Made by a program: the position numbers and the translations under genes. The notes beneath the pieces were generated by a model. The model did no database searches. It saw only the letters and a list, made by a program, of their open reading frames with translations, and was not told the origin of the DNA. 64,000 nucleotides of DNA from Candidatus Altimarinota bacterium (GTDB lineage Bacteria; Patescibacteriota; Gracilibacteria; UBA4473): contig OZ246423.1 in assembly GCA_965231215.1 (NCBI GenBank), positions 128,001-192,000 of the forward strand, written 5' to 3'. Positions 48,720 through 59,331 of the stretch are shown piece after piece; the first letter of the stretch is position 1; the number at the start of each line of letters is the position of its first letter.

Positions 48720-50177
48720 TTAACTGGGTTTAGTATTAAAATATGCTTCTTCTAAATAATCTAGGAGTTCAACAATTTTAACTCTTTCTTGTTCCATACT
48801 ATCGCGATCTCTCACTGTCACTGAATCATCTTCTAAAGACTCGTAATCAACCGTAATACAGACCGGAGTTCCAATTTCATCTTGGCGACGATATCGTTTC
48901 CCTATAGCGCCCCCATCATCATATTCACAATTTCCAAATACCCCTACTTTACTAAGTACTTCTTCCGCCTTTTCGGGAAGTCCATCTTTTTTCATCAATG
49001 GCAATACGGCTACTTTAACTGGAGCTAAAACCGGTTTGAGATGAAGCACCGTTCGAATAGATCCATCTTCTAAAATTTCTTCTTCATAAGCAGAAGTTAA
49101 CACTGCTAAAATAGAACGACCTACCCCGAAAGTAGGTTCTATAACATGTGGAATGTATTCTTTATTTGTTTGAGGATCTCTATAGGCAAGTTTTTTCCCA
49201 GAAAATTTTTGATGCTGAGATAAATCAAAATCTGTTCGATAAGCACACCCATAAAGCTCTTTTTGCCCAAAAGGAAAATCAAACTCAATATCAAAAGTGC
49301 GTTTAGAATAATGTGATAATTTTTCTGGTTTATGTTCTACAACATGACATTTATCAGCCGCCAGACCAATAGCATCACACCAAACATTCATGGCTTCAGC
49401 CCATTGATCAAAAAAACCATTTACATAGTCTTTCATTTCCTTTGGCCATTCATCTAGATGCGGTTTTTGCATTAGTTCCTCTCTCGCTTCCTCAAAACCC
49501 TCTGGAGGAGTGAAAAAATATTCAATCTCCATTTGTTCAAACTCCAACTGACGAAAAATAAAATTCCCTGGAGTAATTTCATTCCGAAAAGCTTTCCCAA
49601 TCTGAGCCATTCCAAACGGGACTCTTACTCGAGTCGAATCAAGCACATTTTTAAACTCTAAGAAAATTGCTTGAGCTGTTTCAGGGCGGAGGTAAACATG
49701 GCTTCCCTCTCCCGTTTTTGACATCTCGGCTTGGAACATCAGATTAAACTGTTTGACTGGCCCTTTCAATAAAGTTCCAGAGGTCGGAGATTTAACCGGA
49801 TTATCCTTCAAAAAACCATCAATTTTTTCTAAGTCCCATCCTTCAACATCAATCTCATGTTGTTCCTCAATCAAGTGATCTACCCTGAACCGATGTCGAG
49901 TTTCTGGATCCTCAATCAGAAGATCATTAAATCCTCCTACATGACCACTAGCTTCCCAAACGCGTGGATGCATAAAGATATCACCATCAACGCCCACCAT
50001 GTCTTGCCGCTCTTCTACAAACATTTTCCACCAAAGATCTTTGAGGTTCTTTTTGAGTAAAGATCCATAGGGGCCATAACTATAGGTATTTCCAAATCCT
50101 CCATAGATATCTGATCCTGGATAAATAAATCCACGTCGTTTACAAAGAGCTGTAATTTTTTCCATCGTGTACATCAT
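48720..50177 (-). CDS. glyS: Glycine--tRNA ligase (alpha2 type)
   Basis: CKRRGF, YLRPETAQ, GKAFRNEI, IGKRYRRQDEIGTP. Confidence 0.97.
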   Translation of the reverse strand: MMYTMEKITALCKRRGFIYPGSDIYGGFGNTYSYGPYGSLLKKNLKDLWWKMFVEERQDMVGVDGDIFMHPRVWEASGHVGGFNDLLIEDPETRHRFRVDHLIEEQHEIDVEGWDLEKIDGFLKDNPVKSPTSGTLLKGPVKQFNLMFQAEMSKTGEGSHVYLRPETAQAIFLEFKNVLDSTRVRVPFGMAQIGKAFRNEITPGNFIFRQLEFEQMEIEYFFTPPEGFEEAREELMQKPHLDEWPKEMKDYVNGFFDQWAEAMNVWCDAIGLAADKCHVVEHKPEKLSHYSKRTFDIEFDFPFGQKELYGCAYRTDFDLSQHQKFSGKKLAYRDPQTNKEYIPHVIEPTFGVGRSILAVLTSAYEEEILEDGSIRTVLHLKPVLAPVKVAVLPLMKKDGLPEKAEEVLSKVGVFGNCEYDDGGAIGKRYRRQDEIGTPVCITVDYESLEDDSVTVRDRDSMEQERVKIVELLDYLEEAYFNTKPS

Positions 50178-50193
50178 AAAAATTTATAAAAAT

Positions 50194-50234
50194 AAAAAAA
50201 GCCCCAGATCTACCAACTGTAGATCTGAGGTTTT
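50194..50234 (-). terminator. Intrinsic terminator after the DsbA gene
   Basis: AAAAAAAGCCCCAGATCTAC-loop-GTAGATCTGAGGTTTT. Confidence 0.75.
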
Positions 50235-50247
50235 AAGGTCTTAGTGA

Positions 50248-51378
50248 TTAGAGCTCTTGATCTACCGCTGCACGGAAAACATCAGGGCCAATAGCTCCTG
50301 GCATCATTTGAGTTCCGATAAAGAGAGCCGGGGTTCCAGACACTCCAAATCGACTTCCTTCTGCTAAATCCGCTTGCATTTCAGCCTCTATAGCTGGATC
50401 ACTCATACAAGAGGTAATATCAATACCCATATTATCAGCCAGCGCTATCATTTGAGTTCGAGCTTCGGCTCCTTTACCAGACCAAGCTTTTTGAGTTCTG
50501 AATATCTCAGCATTCATGCTCCAGTAGTCATCTTGCCCAGACTCTCTGAGCACACAATTTGCCGCCTTATGAGCATCCTTAGCTTCTAAATGAAAATTAA
50601 GCGGGAAATCTTTTACTATATAGGTAATTTTGTTTGCAGCTACCAATTCGGCAATTAGCTCTTTGTTTTGGTCATACAACCGTTTACAGAAAGGACACTG
50701 ATAATCCGTAAACTCTACAACCCTTACCGGACCCGTTCCGAGTTTTGGCTCTGTATCCAAATCCGCAAATTCTGGAGCTTTGATGAACTTCCCAGGTCTA
50801 AACCCGGTAGCCGCCCCATTGAGATGATACAAATCATCTTTTTCAGTTAATACTCCAACCGGAAGGTTATCTATAAATTTAGAACCATCATCCGCTCCAA
50901 GCGACTCAATGCCTTCCCCGAAGAAATATTGAGGTACCGAAACCAGATCAAAAGATTGGATTAATGCTTGCCCTTCCTCTGAAGTGACATCTACCTCAGT
51001 TACAATCAGCGCTGGACTTATGTTTTGCTTTAAAGCCGCAATCGCTTGTGTGGTATCACACCCAGAAGTACATTGCCGATCATTAAGCACCATAAGTTCA
51101 ATTGGTTTTCCCTTAACGGGAATCCAGGTTTTATCGCCCACCACTACCATAGCTTTATCCTCATCAAATTTTTCCATCATCATCGGCTCAGCCAAAAAAG
51201 ACCCCACAAGTCCTCCTAATAAAAACACACAGGCAATCCAAGCTATTGGAGCCATAGTCATCCCTTTAGTCTGAATCGGCTTAGAAGTTGAAGCCTTTTT
51301 TGCCGCTTTAGCTACTGTTTTTTTAGGAGCCGCTTTTTTGGTCGTTGTCGTTTTAGTTGTTTTTTTTGCAGGTGCCAT
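50248..51378 (-). CDS. Membrane-anchored DsbA family protein with two thioredoxin-like domains
   Basis: EFTDYQCPFC, KDFPL, GVSGTP; second domain with CTSGC and SVP; K/A/T-rich N-terminus. Confidence 0.9.
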   Translation of the reverse strand: MAPAKKTTKTTTTKKAAPKKTVAKAAKKASTSKPIQTKGMTMAPIAWIACVFLLGGLVGSFLAEPMMMEKFDEDKAMVVVGDKTWIPVKGKPIELMVLNDRQCTSGCDTTQAIAALKQNISPALIVTEVDVTSEEGQALIQSFDLVSVPQYFFGEGIESLGADDGSKFIDNLPVGVLTEKDDLYHLNGAATGFRPGKFIKAPEFADLDTEPKLGTGPVRVVEFTDYQCPFCKRLYDQNKELIAELVAANKITYIVKDFPLNFHLEAKDAHKAANCVLRESGQDDYWSMNAEIFRTQKAWSGKGAEARTQMIALADNMGIDITSCMSDPAIEAEMQADLAEGSRFGVSGTPALFIGTQMMPGAIGPDVFRAAVDQEL

Positions 51379-51406
51379 AAAGGTTTAATATTAAAAAGTA
51401 TTTATT

Positions 51407-51583
51407 TTATCCACAAGAGCCTCCTCCACGCCCCATATTTAATGAACCTCCAGGCGCTGGAGCCGAAAAATTTTCCAGAGGCGCTACCTCTTTTAACTGG
51501 GCTTTTACTACCGACATTCTTACGCCGCCTCCAAGAACAACACCAATAGCAAAAGCGAAAACAAAGTAGGTTAAATTTTTCAT
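51407..51583 (-). CDS. 58 aa micro-protein ending GGGSCG (not in ORF track)
   Basis: MKNLTYFVFAFAIGVVLGGGVRMSVVKAQLKEVAPLENFSAPAPGGSLNMGRGGGSCG; GC-richer than flanks, 28 bp upstream of the DsbA gene. Confidence 0.72.
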   Translation of the reverse strand: MKNLTYFVFAFAIGVVLGGGVRMSVVKAQLKEVAPLENFSAPAPGGSLNMGRGGGSCG

Positions 51584-51819
51584 CGAAATCGATTCTAAAA
51601 TTTGAAGTCAAAAAAGCAAAAAAAAAATGATTGCTATAATAAGGAAAATACTCAGAAATAAGAAGTCTAAGAAAAAATAAAAACCGAAGCAAAGTCTACT
51701 TTTAACCTATAGATTTGAGAATATTTTTATGAGGGCACAGAAATCTAAATTTTTCTGGCATTTTCATTGAATTTGAAGGGTTTTTCTGCTATAATGCTCA
51801 GATTCAAATATAAAAATCA

Positions 51820-52395
51820 ATGCAAGAAAAAGAAATTCTGCTTCATCTCGTCGAGTCCCTAGAGGCCGCACGCTCTTCATTAAAAGCTGCTGAAAAATGG
51901 GCAGAAAAGCTTGGTAAAAAGCTTAATGTACCTATTTCTAGCATTGAAAGTGCAGCTCAAGAAATAGAAGCTGTTCATGAAAATGAGGAAGAAAACGGGA
52001 AAGTTATTGAAGGGGTATTTGATGGACAAAATATGATTGATAAGGAAGGCACCACCTATCCAGTACCAGCCAATTACGCTTCTAAATCAAAGTTAGTTGA
52101 AGGCGATAAGCTTAAACTAAATATCGCTGAAAACGGCGCCTTTATTTATAAACAAATTGAGCTCGTACCAAGAGACCTAATGGTAGGACATCTCGTTATT
52201 GATGGCTCGCAGTACCAAGTACTCATAGATAAAAAAGTCTACAATGTTCTCTACGCATCAGTTACCTTTTATCGTGCTAAGGTCGGAGATCAAGTGACTA
52301 TTATTGTTCCACAAGGGGGGAAATCTAAATTTGCCGCTATTGAAAATGTTATTCCACAAAACCTTTCTGAAAAAAGTGAAATAGCATTACTTTAA
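51820..52395 (+). CDS. Conserved hypothetical protein (CPR-type)
   Basis: VIEGVFDGQNM, YPVPANYASKSKLVEGD.LKL motif; promoter-like TATAAT upstream. Confidence 0.8.
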   Translation: MQEKEILLHLVESLEAARSSLKAAEKWAEKLGKKLNVPISSIESAAQEIEAVHENEEENGKVIEGVFDGQNMIDKEGTTYPVPANYASKSKLVEGDKLKLNIAENGAFIYKQIELVPRDLMVGHLVIDGSQYQVLIDKKVYNVLYASVTFYRAKVGDQVTIIVPQGGKSKFAAIENVIPQNLSEKSEIALL

Positions 52396-52463
52396 GAATG
52401 ATTGAAGCCTGTCACTAAAGTAGTTAGAATGCCGTATGGTAATTTTTAAGTATATTTTTGGTT

Positions 52464-53597
52464 ATGAAAAAGGCACTATTTTTGGTTTTCACACTTTTAT
52501 TGGTAAGTTTGGGCCACACCCACGCCCAACACATAGAAAGATATTCAGATCACGCTATCACCCCAGATTGGGCAAAAACAGCTTTCAATGCGATGTTGGC
52601 TGGTCAAATTATCAGTGGAAACGCTGATGGAACGCTTAAACCAAACCATCCCATAAACCGAGCTGAGCTCTGTAAAATTTTAGTAAAAGCTACTAAAAAA
52701 CCACTCGTAACTCCTACAAAAAACACATTCCCAGATGTCCTTCCAGAACATTGGTTTTACCCATACGTAGAAACCGCTTATAGCTTAGGCTGGATCAAAG
52801 GATACCCAGATGGAACCTTTAAACCAGGAAACAATATCAACCGAGCCGAAGTGGCGAAACTTATAACTAAATCCTTTATTTTAAATGTAGGCATTAGTGA
52901 TAGCAAAGATTGGTACGCCCCTTTCGTAGAATCTTTAGAGACCTATGGCGTTTTACCATTTAACACCAAGGTCTATAACTTTGATCCAAGCCGAACCCCT
53001 ACCCGCGCTGAAATTTTTGAGCAAATCTATCGAACCATTAGAGCCGATAGTAATTTTATAACCGAAAACCAAGGGAACCCTGGACTCATCAAAACCACTC
53101 CAAAAGATCCTTATGAGATAACTGGAAATTTCACCATTAAACTAGCGGTAAGCGAGAACTCTGGATCACTAGATATGAAAAGACCAGAATATCAACCCAG
53201 AAAAATCAGTGTTAACTCTGGAGACAAAAGCCAAAGTGTTTTCCAGCTAGAGTTAGTAGCCCGAAACGCGCCGGTTGAAATTGCAGAAATTCAACTCCGA
53301 AGGATTGGAAATGGAACCATCAAAGACTTTGGACATATGTGGATGGAGATTAATGGAGTCCCAGTCACTGATAAATTCATCGCTCAAGAAGACCTCGTAA
53401 CTTTTCAATTCAGAACCCCTCAGAGCTTTCCCGTAAATCAACTAAGAACTTTAAAGCTCGTATCTGATATTGCTACCAGTGCCAAATCTGGACACTCTCA
53501 TCGATTTGTGCTCTACCTACCCGATTGGCTCAACGCGAATACAAACGAAAAAATTGGGCTTTTCCCCTTTGGGGGATCCGATATTGAGATCAAATAA
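52464..53597 (+). CDS. S-layer homology domain protein
   Basis: Signal peptide, SLH repeats (NRAEL, GYPDGTFKPGNNINRAE, TRAE). Confidence 0.9.
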   Translation: MKKALFLVFTLLLVSLGHTHAQHIERYSDHAITPDWAKTAFNAMLAGQIISGNADGTLKPNHPINRAELCKILVKATKKPLVTPTKNTFPDVLPEHWFYPYVETAYSLGWIKGYPDGTFKPGNNINRAEVAKLITKSFILNVGISDSKDWYAPFVESLETYGVLPFNTKVYNFDPSRTPTRAEIFEQIYRTIRADSNFITENQGNPGLIKTTPKDPYEITGNFTIKLAVSENSGSLDMKRPEYQPRKISVNSGDKSQSVFQLELVARNAPVEIAEIQLRRIGNGTIKDFGHMWMEINGVPVTDKFIAQEDLVTFQFRTPQSFPVNQLRTLKLVSDIATSAKSGHSHRFVLYLPDWLNANTNEKIGLFPFGGSDIEIK

Positions 53598-53814
53598 TTA
53601 CGAAATATTCACGCTATGTTAAGTTTGGTTTTGACCTCTCAAACTGTAGAGAAACCCCATTTCTCTATGATTTCAAGTAAAAACTAACATCCCCCAAAGT
53701 TTTCATAAAACATAGTTTTATTAAGAAAACGAGTGTAAAAATACACATTTGGTTTCGCATTTGGCAGGGTTTGTTAGTACAATAAAAACGTCCTTCAAAT
53801 ATAAAAATCAATCA

Positions 53815-55092
53815 ATGTCAGCACTAAAAAAAGTACTTATGCTTGGCTGGGAATATCCTCCACTTTTCTCAGGAGGTTTAGGGATTGTCACCAGGAATTT
53901 AGCAAAGGCCTTGGTCTCTAGAAATGCGGACATTACGCTCGTACTGCCACAGTTTATTACTCGTGAAATTATGGCTTCACATTTTGATCCAGGCGTACCA
54001 CTACTCACCTTTAAAGATCAAACTCACTATGAAAATACAGTAAAGTTAATGCCAGTAGATACTTTACTCTATTCACCCTATCTCGATCAGCACAGTTATA
54101 GAGATTTAATTCAGAGTATTAATTCAAGTACTCAAAAAGAAGCCAAAAAAAGAGACCTCACTGTCTATGGGGAAAACCTCTGGCAAGAAATTGAAAGATT
54201 TGCAGCAGAAGTTGTGGCCCTGACTCAAGGTCAAGGGTTTGAACTTGTTCATGCTCATGACTGGATTACAGCCGAAGCGGCCATACAGCTAAAACTACAA
54301 AGAGGACTCCCTTATATTCTACAAATCCATGCCACAGAGGTAGACCGAACCGGCAACATGAATCCTTCTGGTGAAGTCTTTGAAAGAGAAAAGTATGCAA
54401 TGGAGCTAGCAGATGAAATTATTACGGTAAGCCTCTATACCAAGAAAATTTTGGTAGATATATATGGTATACCCTCTGATAAAATCACGGTAGTCTATAA
54501 CGCTTATGAAGCTAAAACCCCTACCCCTGAATATATAAAGGCCCGTCAATTCCCAAAAGACAAATCTGAATTCTGGGTACTCTTTATTGGTCGAGTAACC
54601 CTTCAAAAAGGACCTGAATACTTTATAGATACGGCCAAAAAAGTCGTACCACATAATTCCAAAATACATTTCCATATAGCCGGAGACGGTGACATGATGC
54701 CTCAAATAGAACGCATGATTGATGAGGCCGGCATAAGAGATAATGTCCATTGTCATGGGTTTCTTCCTCCAGCCAAAAGAGATGCCTTGTATATGCTTGC
54801 GGACGCTTGCATTATTCCATCGGTTTCAGAACCTTTCGGACTTACCGCCATTGAAGTAATTGATAACTGTACCCCACTCATCATTTCAAAAAACTGTGGA
54901 GCCAATGAGATTATTGGACATAAGCTTGAAGTAGATTTTTGGGATTCAGAAAAAATGGCAGAATACGTATTAGCCCTTCAACGCTATCCAGAACTCAGAA
55001 GAACCCTTCGTGAAAAAGCGATGTCAAATCGATCCCGCATCACGTGGGAGGCTCAAGCGGCTAAAGTGATGGAACTCTACCAATCAATCTAA
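53815..55092 (+). CDS. GT4 glycosyltransferase (alpha-glucan synthase-like)
   Basis: LGWEYPP..SGGLG, HAHDW, HATE.DR, SEPFGL; ATG 53815. Confidence 0.92.
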   Translation: MSALKKVLMLGWEYPPLFSGGLGIVTRNLAKALVSRNADITLVLPQFITREIMASHFDPGVPLLTFKDQTHYENTVKLMPVDTLLYSPYLDQHSYRDLIQSINSSTQKEAKKRDLTVYGENLWQEIERFAAEVVALTQGQGFELVHAHDWITAEAAIQLKLQRGLPYILQIHATEVDRTGNMNPSGEVFEREKYAMELADEIITVSLYTKKILVDIYGIPSDKITVVYNAYEAKTPTPEYIKARQFPKDKSEFWVLFIGRVTLQKGPEYFIDTAKKVVPHNSKIHFHIAGDGDMMPQIERMIDEAGIRDNVHCHGFLPPAKRDALYMLADACIIPSVSEPFGLTAIEVIDNCTPLIISKNCGANEIIGHKLEVDFWDSEKMAEYVLALQRYPELRRTLREKAMSNRSRITWEAQAAKVMELYQSI

Positions 55093-55102
55093 TTTACACT
55101 CT

Positions 55103-56389
55103 ATGGCACAATCAATCTGTTTCTATTTTCAAGTTCATCAACCCTACCGGATACGTGAACACTCTCTCCGGTATCAACCCGAAAATCATAAATACTTTCA
55201 AGGGGTAAAGCCTCAGTCCAATGAAGAAATTTTTAATAAAGTGAGCCAAAAGTGCTATATCCCTACAACCGCTTTACTCTGGGATTTATGTGAAAATCAC
55301 CCAGATTTTCACTGCGCTTTCTCCCTTTCTGGAGTATTTGTAGACCAGTGTGAAGAGTTTAACCCCATAGGGGATGAAGTGCTTAAAAATTTCAAAGGAT
55401 TAGCCAAAACCGGTAAGGTAGAATTCTTGGCAGAAACTTACTATCATTCTCTTTCATTTCTCTTTTCTAAACTTGATTTTGCCGAACAAGTAACGGCTCA
55501 AAGAGCCCTAATGAAAAAACACTTCAACCAAAATCCTGAAGTGTTTAGAAATACAGAGCTTATCTACCGGGATGATCTCGGGGAATTTATTCGAATTATG
55601 GGATTTAAAGGAGTTACTGCTGAAGGATGGGGCAACAATCTTCCTGATAACAACCCCAATTATGTACGACATAATCACTCAATAGAACTTGGAAAAGACG
55701 ATTTTGATGTCGCCCATAAATACCGAATCAACAAACGCAAAAAACCAAACACTCATATCAAAATTCTGACCAAAAATTATAAGTTATCTGATGACATTGC
55801 CTTCCGTTTTGGTGATGCCGCTAGATCAGATCTTCCGCTTACGGTAGAAACTTTTGCCGAGTGGATCATTGACTCCCCAGGCGATACCATAAATTTGTTT
55901 ATGGACTTTGAAACCTTTGGAGAACATCAGTGGGAAGATACCGGTATCTTTGAATTTTTAAGACACTTACCACGGGCCTGTGCCGATAGAGGTATTACCT
56001 TTAGAACTCCAAGCCAAACTATAGACCACTTTGAAGCTGTACATCATTATCAAGCGATTGAGTTTGTCTCTTGGGCTGATGAAGAAAGAGATATCTCTGC
56101 CTGGCTTGAAAATGATATGCAGAGGAACGCGTTTAACGAACTAAAAAAAATTGAAGCTAAACTTTTCCACCATAGAGGCACTCCGAATAAAGACCTTCAA
56201 CAAATCTGGATAGATTTTAGAAGACTCCAAACTTCAGACCACCTTTATTACATGTCTACTAAGTTTTGGGCCGATGGAGATGTGCATACTTATTTCTCTC
56301 CCTATGAAAATCCTTATGATGCTTACATTAACTTTATGAATACCCTCAAACATCTTGAATGGCGAATAGGGGTAATCACTACTCCGTAA
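55103..56389 (+). CDS. Glycoside hydrolase family 57 (alpha-amylase-like)
   Basis: VHQP, ETYYHSL, FRNTEL, DFETFGEHQ, SDHLYYM. Confidence 0.95.
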   Translation: MAQSICFYFQVHQPYRIREHSLRYQPENHKYFQGVKPQSNEEIFNKVSQKCYIPTTALLWDLCENHPDFHCAFSLSGVFVDQCEEFNPIGDEVLKNFKGLAKTGKVEFLAETYYHSLSFLFSKLDFAEQVTAQRALMKKHFNQNPEVFRNTELIYRDDLGEFIRIMGFKGVTAEGWGNNLPDNNPNYVRHNHSIELGKDDFDVAHKYRINKRKKPNTHIKILTKNYKLSDDIAFRFGDAARSDLPLTVETFAEWIIDSPGDTINLFMDFETFGEHQWEDTGIFEFLRHLPRACADRGITFRTPSQTIDHFEAVHHYQAIEFVSWADEERDISAWLENDMQRNAFNELKKIEAKLFHHRGTPNKDLQQIWIDFRRLQTSDHLYYMSTKFWADGDVHTYFSPYENPYDAYINFMNTLKHLEWRIGVITTP

Positions 56390-56451
56390 CAAAGGTGCAT
56401 ATAGTACAAAAAACATCTATAATTTATTTAAATATTCTCTTCTTTTAATAA

Positions 56452-58434
56452 ATGCCACAATCCTTGGTTGTTTCTAACGGAAATATGCTCGTCAACTTTG
56501 ATAAGCATCTTCAAATGCGTGATTTTTTCTATCCATTCGTAGGACAAGAAAATCACTCTGCTTTTGGAAAAGCTCATCGAGTTGGGTTATGGGTAAATGG
56601 CCAATTTTCTTGGCTATCGGATGGGAGTTGGGAATTTGAGATCAAATATCATGAAGGCAGTTTAGTTGGTTTTTCTACCGCTATTAACCACAACCTTCAA
56701 GTAGAATTATGCTTTGAGGACTTTGTTTATACCACCCACGATATTTTATTTAGAAAAATTACTATCAAAAATTTAGCTGAATCAGAAAGAGATTTTCGAA
56801 TCTTTTTTAACCAAGATTTTTATATTTACGGAGATAAAAAAGAAGACACCGCCCAATACGAACCTTCGCTTAATGCCATTCTTCACTACCGAATGAAGCG
56901 CTACTTTTTGGTGAATGGTCAATGGGATCACTGCCATGAATGTATTGCTGATTTTACTACTGGAAAATCAAACTATGGTGACCGAGAAGGCACCTGGAGA
57001 GACGCTGAAGATGGACATCTACACAAAAACCCTATTGAACAAGGATCAGTAGATTCAACCATTGGGTTTCATCAGATTATCAATCCCAAAAAACCACGAG
57101 TTTTATACTACTGGATTTCGGCTGGAACCAATTATGGTGATGTTATCCGAAACAATAATCGCGTAATGAATCTCGGCCCAGAAAAAATATTCCAACATAC
57201 CTTAGGTTACTGGAAACAATGGGCGACCAAACATGAATTCAAGCTTAAAGGCGTGACCAAACCCATAAAAAAATGTTGGTATCAAAGTCTGCTTTTGATG
57301 CGGTCTCAAATAGATAATCGTGGAGCCATTATTGCTTCCACTGATTCTGATATTATGAAATTCAATAAAGACACCTATAGCTATATGTGGCCAAGAGACG
57401 GAGCGCTCGTTTCTATGGCGTTATCTGAAGCTGGCTATTATGAACCCGTAAAACAATTTTTGGGGTTTTGTCAAAGAATCATAACTCCCGAAGGATACGT
57501 ACAACACAAGTTTACTCCTGATGGTTCATTAGGCTCTTCTTGGCATCCAAAATGGAGGGGCGGAAAAGCCCAAATCCCTATCCAAGAAGATGAATCCGCT
57601 TTGCTTTTAGTTTCGCTATGGAAACTCTACGAAGAATCCAAATCCATCGAAATTGTCCAAAAACTTTTCAATCCGATGGTTCTTAAAATCGGTAGGTTCT
57701 TAATGCAATACAAAGACACAGAAACGGGACTCCCAAAACCCAGCTACGATCTTTGGGAGGAACAATACGGAGTCTTTAGTTACACTTGTGCTACCGTTTA
57801 TGCCGGACTCAAAGCAGCCGAAAATTTATCTCAAGCCACCGGACATCATGAAGATGAAGTCATTTTTCGTGAAGCCGCTAAAAAGATGAAAAAAAGCATT
57901 TTAGACCATATGTATTCAGCGACTGATAAACGATTCGTAAAAAAACTCTATTACGAAGAAGGTGAAGTTAGGCTCGATCCAACCGTAGATTCAAGTGTCG
58001 CTTTTATCTGGGAATTAGGATTACTCCCTCCAAATGATCCGCGAGTAGTCAACACCATGAAAGCCATTGAAGAGCACTTAAAAGTACACACAGAAGTAGG
58101 GGGAATTGCCAGATATGAAGGAGACTTCTATCACCGAAATTGGGATTATGAATATTCGGCCAAAGTTCCAGGAAATCCCTGGATTATCACGAGCCTTTGG
58201 GTGGCTAACTGGAAGCTCGCTTTAGCTGAAAAAACTTCAGACCTACATGAAGTAAAAGAAACCCTGAATTGGGTAGTAGAAAAAGGAAGCCTGGCCCATA
58301 TTCTACCAGAGCAGATGGATCCGTTTACGGGCGAACCACTCTCAGTCGCTCCCCTCACCTGGAGTCATGCTACTTTCGTAGATACCGTAATTCGGTACAC
58401 TAAAAAGTGCCAGGAAATTAAATCAAAAAAATGA
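56452..58434 (+). CDS. Glycoside hydrolase family 15 (glucoamylase-like)
   Basis: GAIIAS, YMWPRDG, DLWEE, LPEQ, PLTWSHA. Confidence 0.95.
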   Translation: MPQSLVVSNGNMLVNFDKHLQMRDFFYPFVGQENHSAFGKAHRVGLWVNGQFSWLSDGSWEFEIKYHEGSLVGFSTAINHNLQVELCFEDFVYTTHDILFRKITIKNLAESERDFRIFFNQDFYIYGDKKEDTAQYEPSLNAILHYRMKRYFLVNGQWDHCHECIADFTTGKSNYGDREGTWRDAEDGHLHKNPIEQGSVDSTIGFHQIINPKKPRVLYYWISAGTNYGDVIRNNNRVMNLGPEKIFQHTLGYWKQWATKHEFKLKGVTKPIKKCWYQSLLLMRSQIDNRGAIIASTDSDIMKFNKDTYSYMWPRDGALVSMALSEAGYYEPVKQFLGFCQRIITPEGYVQHKFTPDGSLGSSWHPKWRGGKAQIPIQEDESALLLVSLWKLYEESKSIEIVQKLFNPMVLKIGRFLMQYKDTETGLPKPSYDLWEEQYGVFSYTCATVYAGLKAAENLSQATGHHEDEVIFREAAKKMKKSILDHMYSATDKRFVKKLYYEEGEVRLDPTVDSSVAFIWELGLLPPNDPRVVNTMKAIEEHLKVHTEVGGIARYEGDFYHRNWDYEYSAKVPGNPWIITSLWVANWKLALAEKTSDLHEVKETLNWVVEKGSLAHILPEQMDPFTGEPLSVAPLTWSHATFVDTVIRYTKKCQEIKSKK

Positions 58435-59276
58435 ATGTTCTAGGTATTGATATTGGAGGCACTAAAATCTTTGTAGGGCGGTATAATCAAAACTTGGAAT
58501 TAGAAGCTCAAACTATACACCTAACAGAAGCTGATAAAGGGAAAGATGCTATCTTACAAAATTTAACCCAAGCCATAAATGAGGTACAAAATGACCAGAC
58601 TCAATGTATAGGCATTTCTTGGGCCGGATTTGTTGATACCAAAAAAGGCATTATTGAAAAAGCCCCTAATATCCCCGCTTTAAATTATTTTGAGCTACCC
58701 ACTTATCTTGAAAAAACTACTGGTTGTTCAGCCGTTATTGGTAATGATGCTCGACTTTTTGCCTTTGGAGAAGCCAAAACACAAACCCCAACCCCTGATG
58801 TTTTACTAGGCATCATTATTGGTACTGGCGTTGGAAGCGGGCTTATATTAGAGGGAAAAATATTCAAAGGCGCTCACAACTTTGCCGGAGAGATTGGGCA
58901 TGAACGTCTAGGAGGTGAAGAGATTGAAACCCTTATTGCCGGTCCAGGACTACAAAAATTTTTAGGCCTGAATCGTTTGAGTGAAATTGACGTCTCTATC
59001 GAAACTGAAAAAGAAAAAATATTGAAAAAAATTGACCTACAATTTCAAACACTCTGCCAGTGGCTCGCCAATATCTGCTTGGCCTTTGATCCAAAAGAAA
59101 TTGTTATTGGTGGAGGGGCTGGACTTCATTTTTGGAACCATTTTGAAACAGAAATCATCGAAAATACTAATAAAAAGTTAAAAGGATACCCCCTCAAACT
59201 TAACCTTAGATTTTCTAAACTTGAAAATGCTGGCGCTATTGGTGCCGCAAGTTTAGCTTGGGAAAAAGCGAGTTAG
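58431..59276 (+). CDS. ROK family sugar kinase (glucokinase-like)
   Basis: GIDIGGTK, NDA, GTGVGSG, AGEIGH. Confidence 0.93.
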   Translation: MNVLGIDIGGTKIFVGRYNQNLELEAQTIHLTEADKGKDAILQNLTQAINEVQNDQTQCIGISWAGFVDTKKGIIEKAPNIPALNYFELPTYLEKTTGCSAVIGNDARLFAFGEAKTQTPTPDVLLGIIIGTGVGSGLILEGKIFKGAHNFAGEIGHERLGGEEIETLIAGPGLQKFLGLNRLSEIDVSIETEKEKILKKIDLQFQTLCQWLANICLAFDPKEIVIGGGAGLHFWNHFETEIIENTNKKLKGYPLKLNLRFSKLENAGAIGAASLAWEKAS

Positions 59277-59331
59277 AGTATTGACATTTTTACAAAAATA
59301 TTTAAAAAATATTTTGAGTATCTAGGTTTAA

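Noticed and set aside
49400-49510. Insertion in glyS (also short inserts in tgt and GH57) as further palindromic insertions or inteins
   Set aside because: No inverted repeats or intein termini visible; look like ordinary lineage-specific loops
51402-51692. 96 aa minus-strand ORF
   Set aside because: Low-complexity TTG-start frame; the 51407-51583 frame has an ATG and a coherent signal/TM
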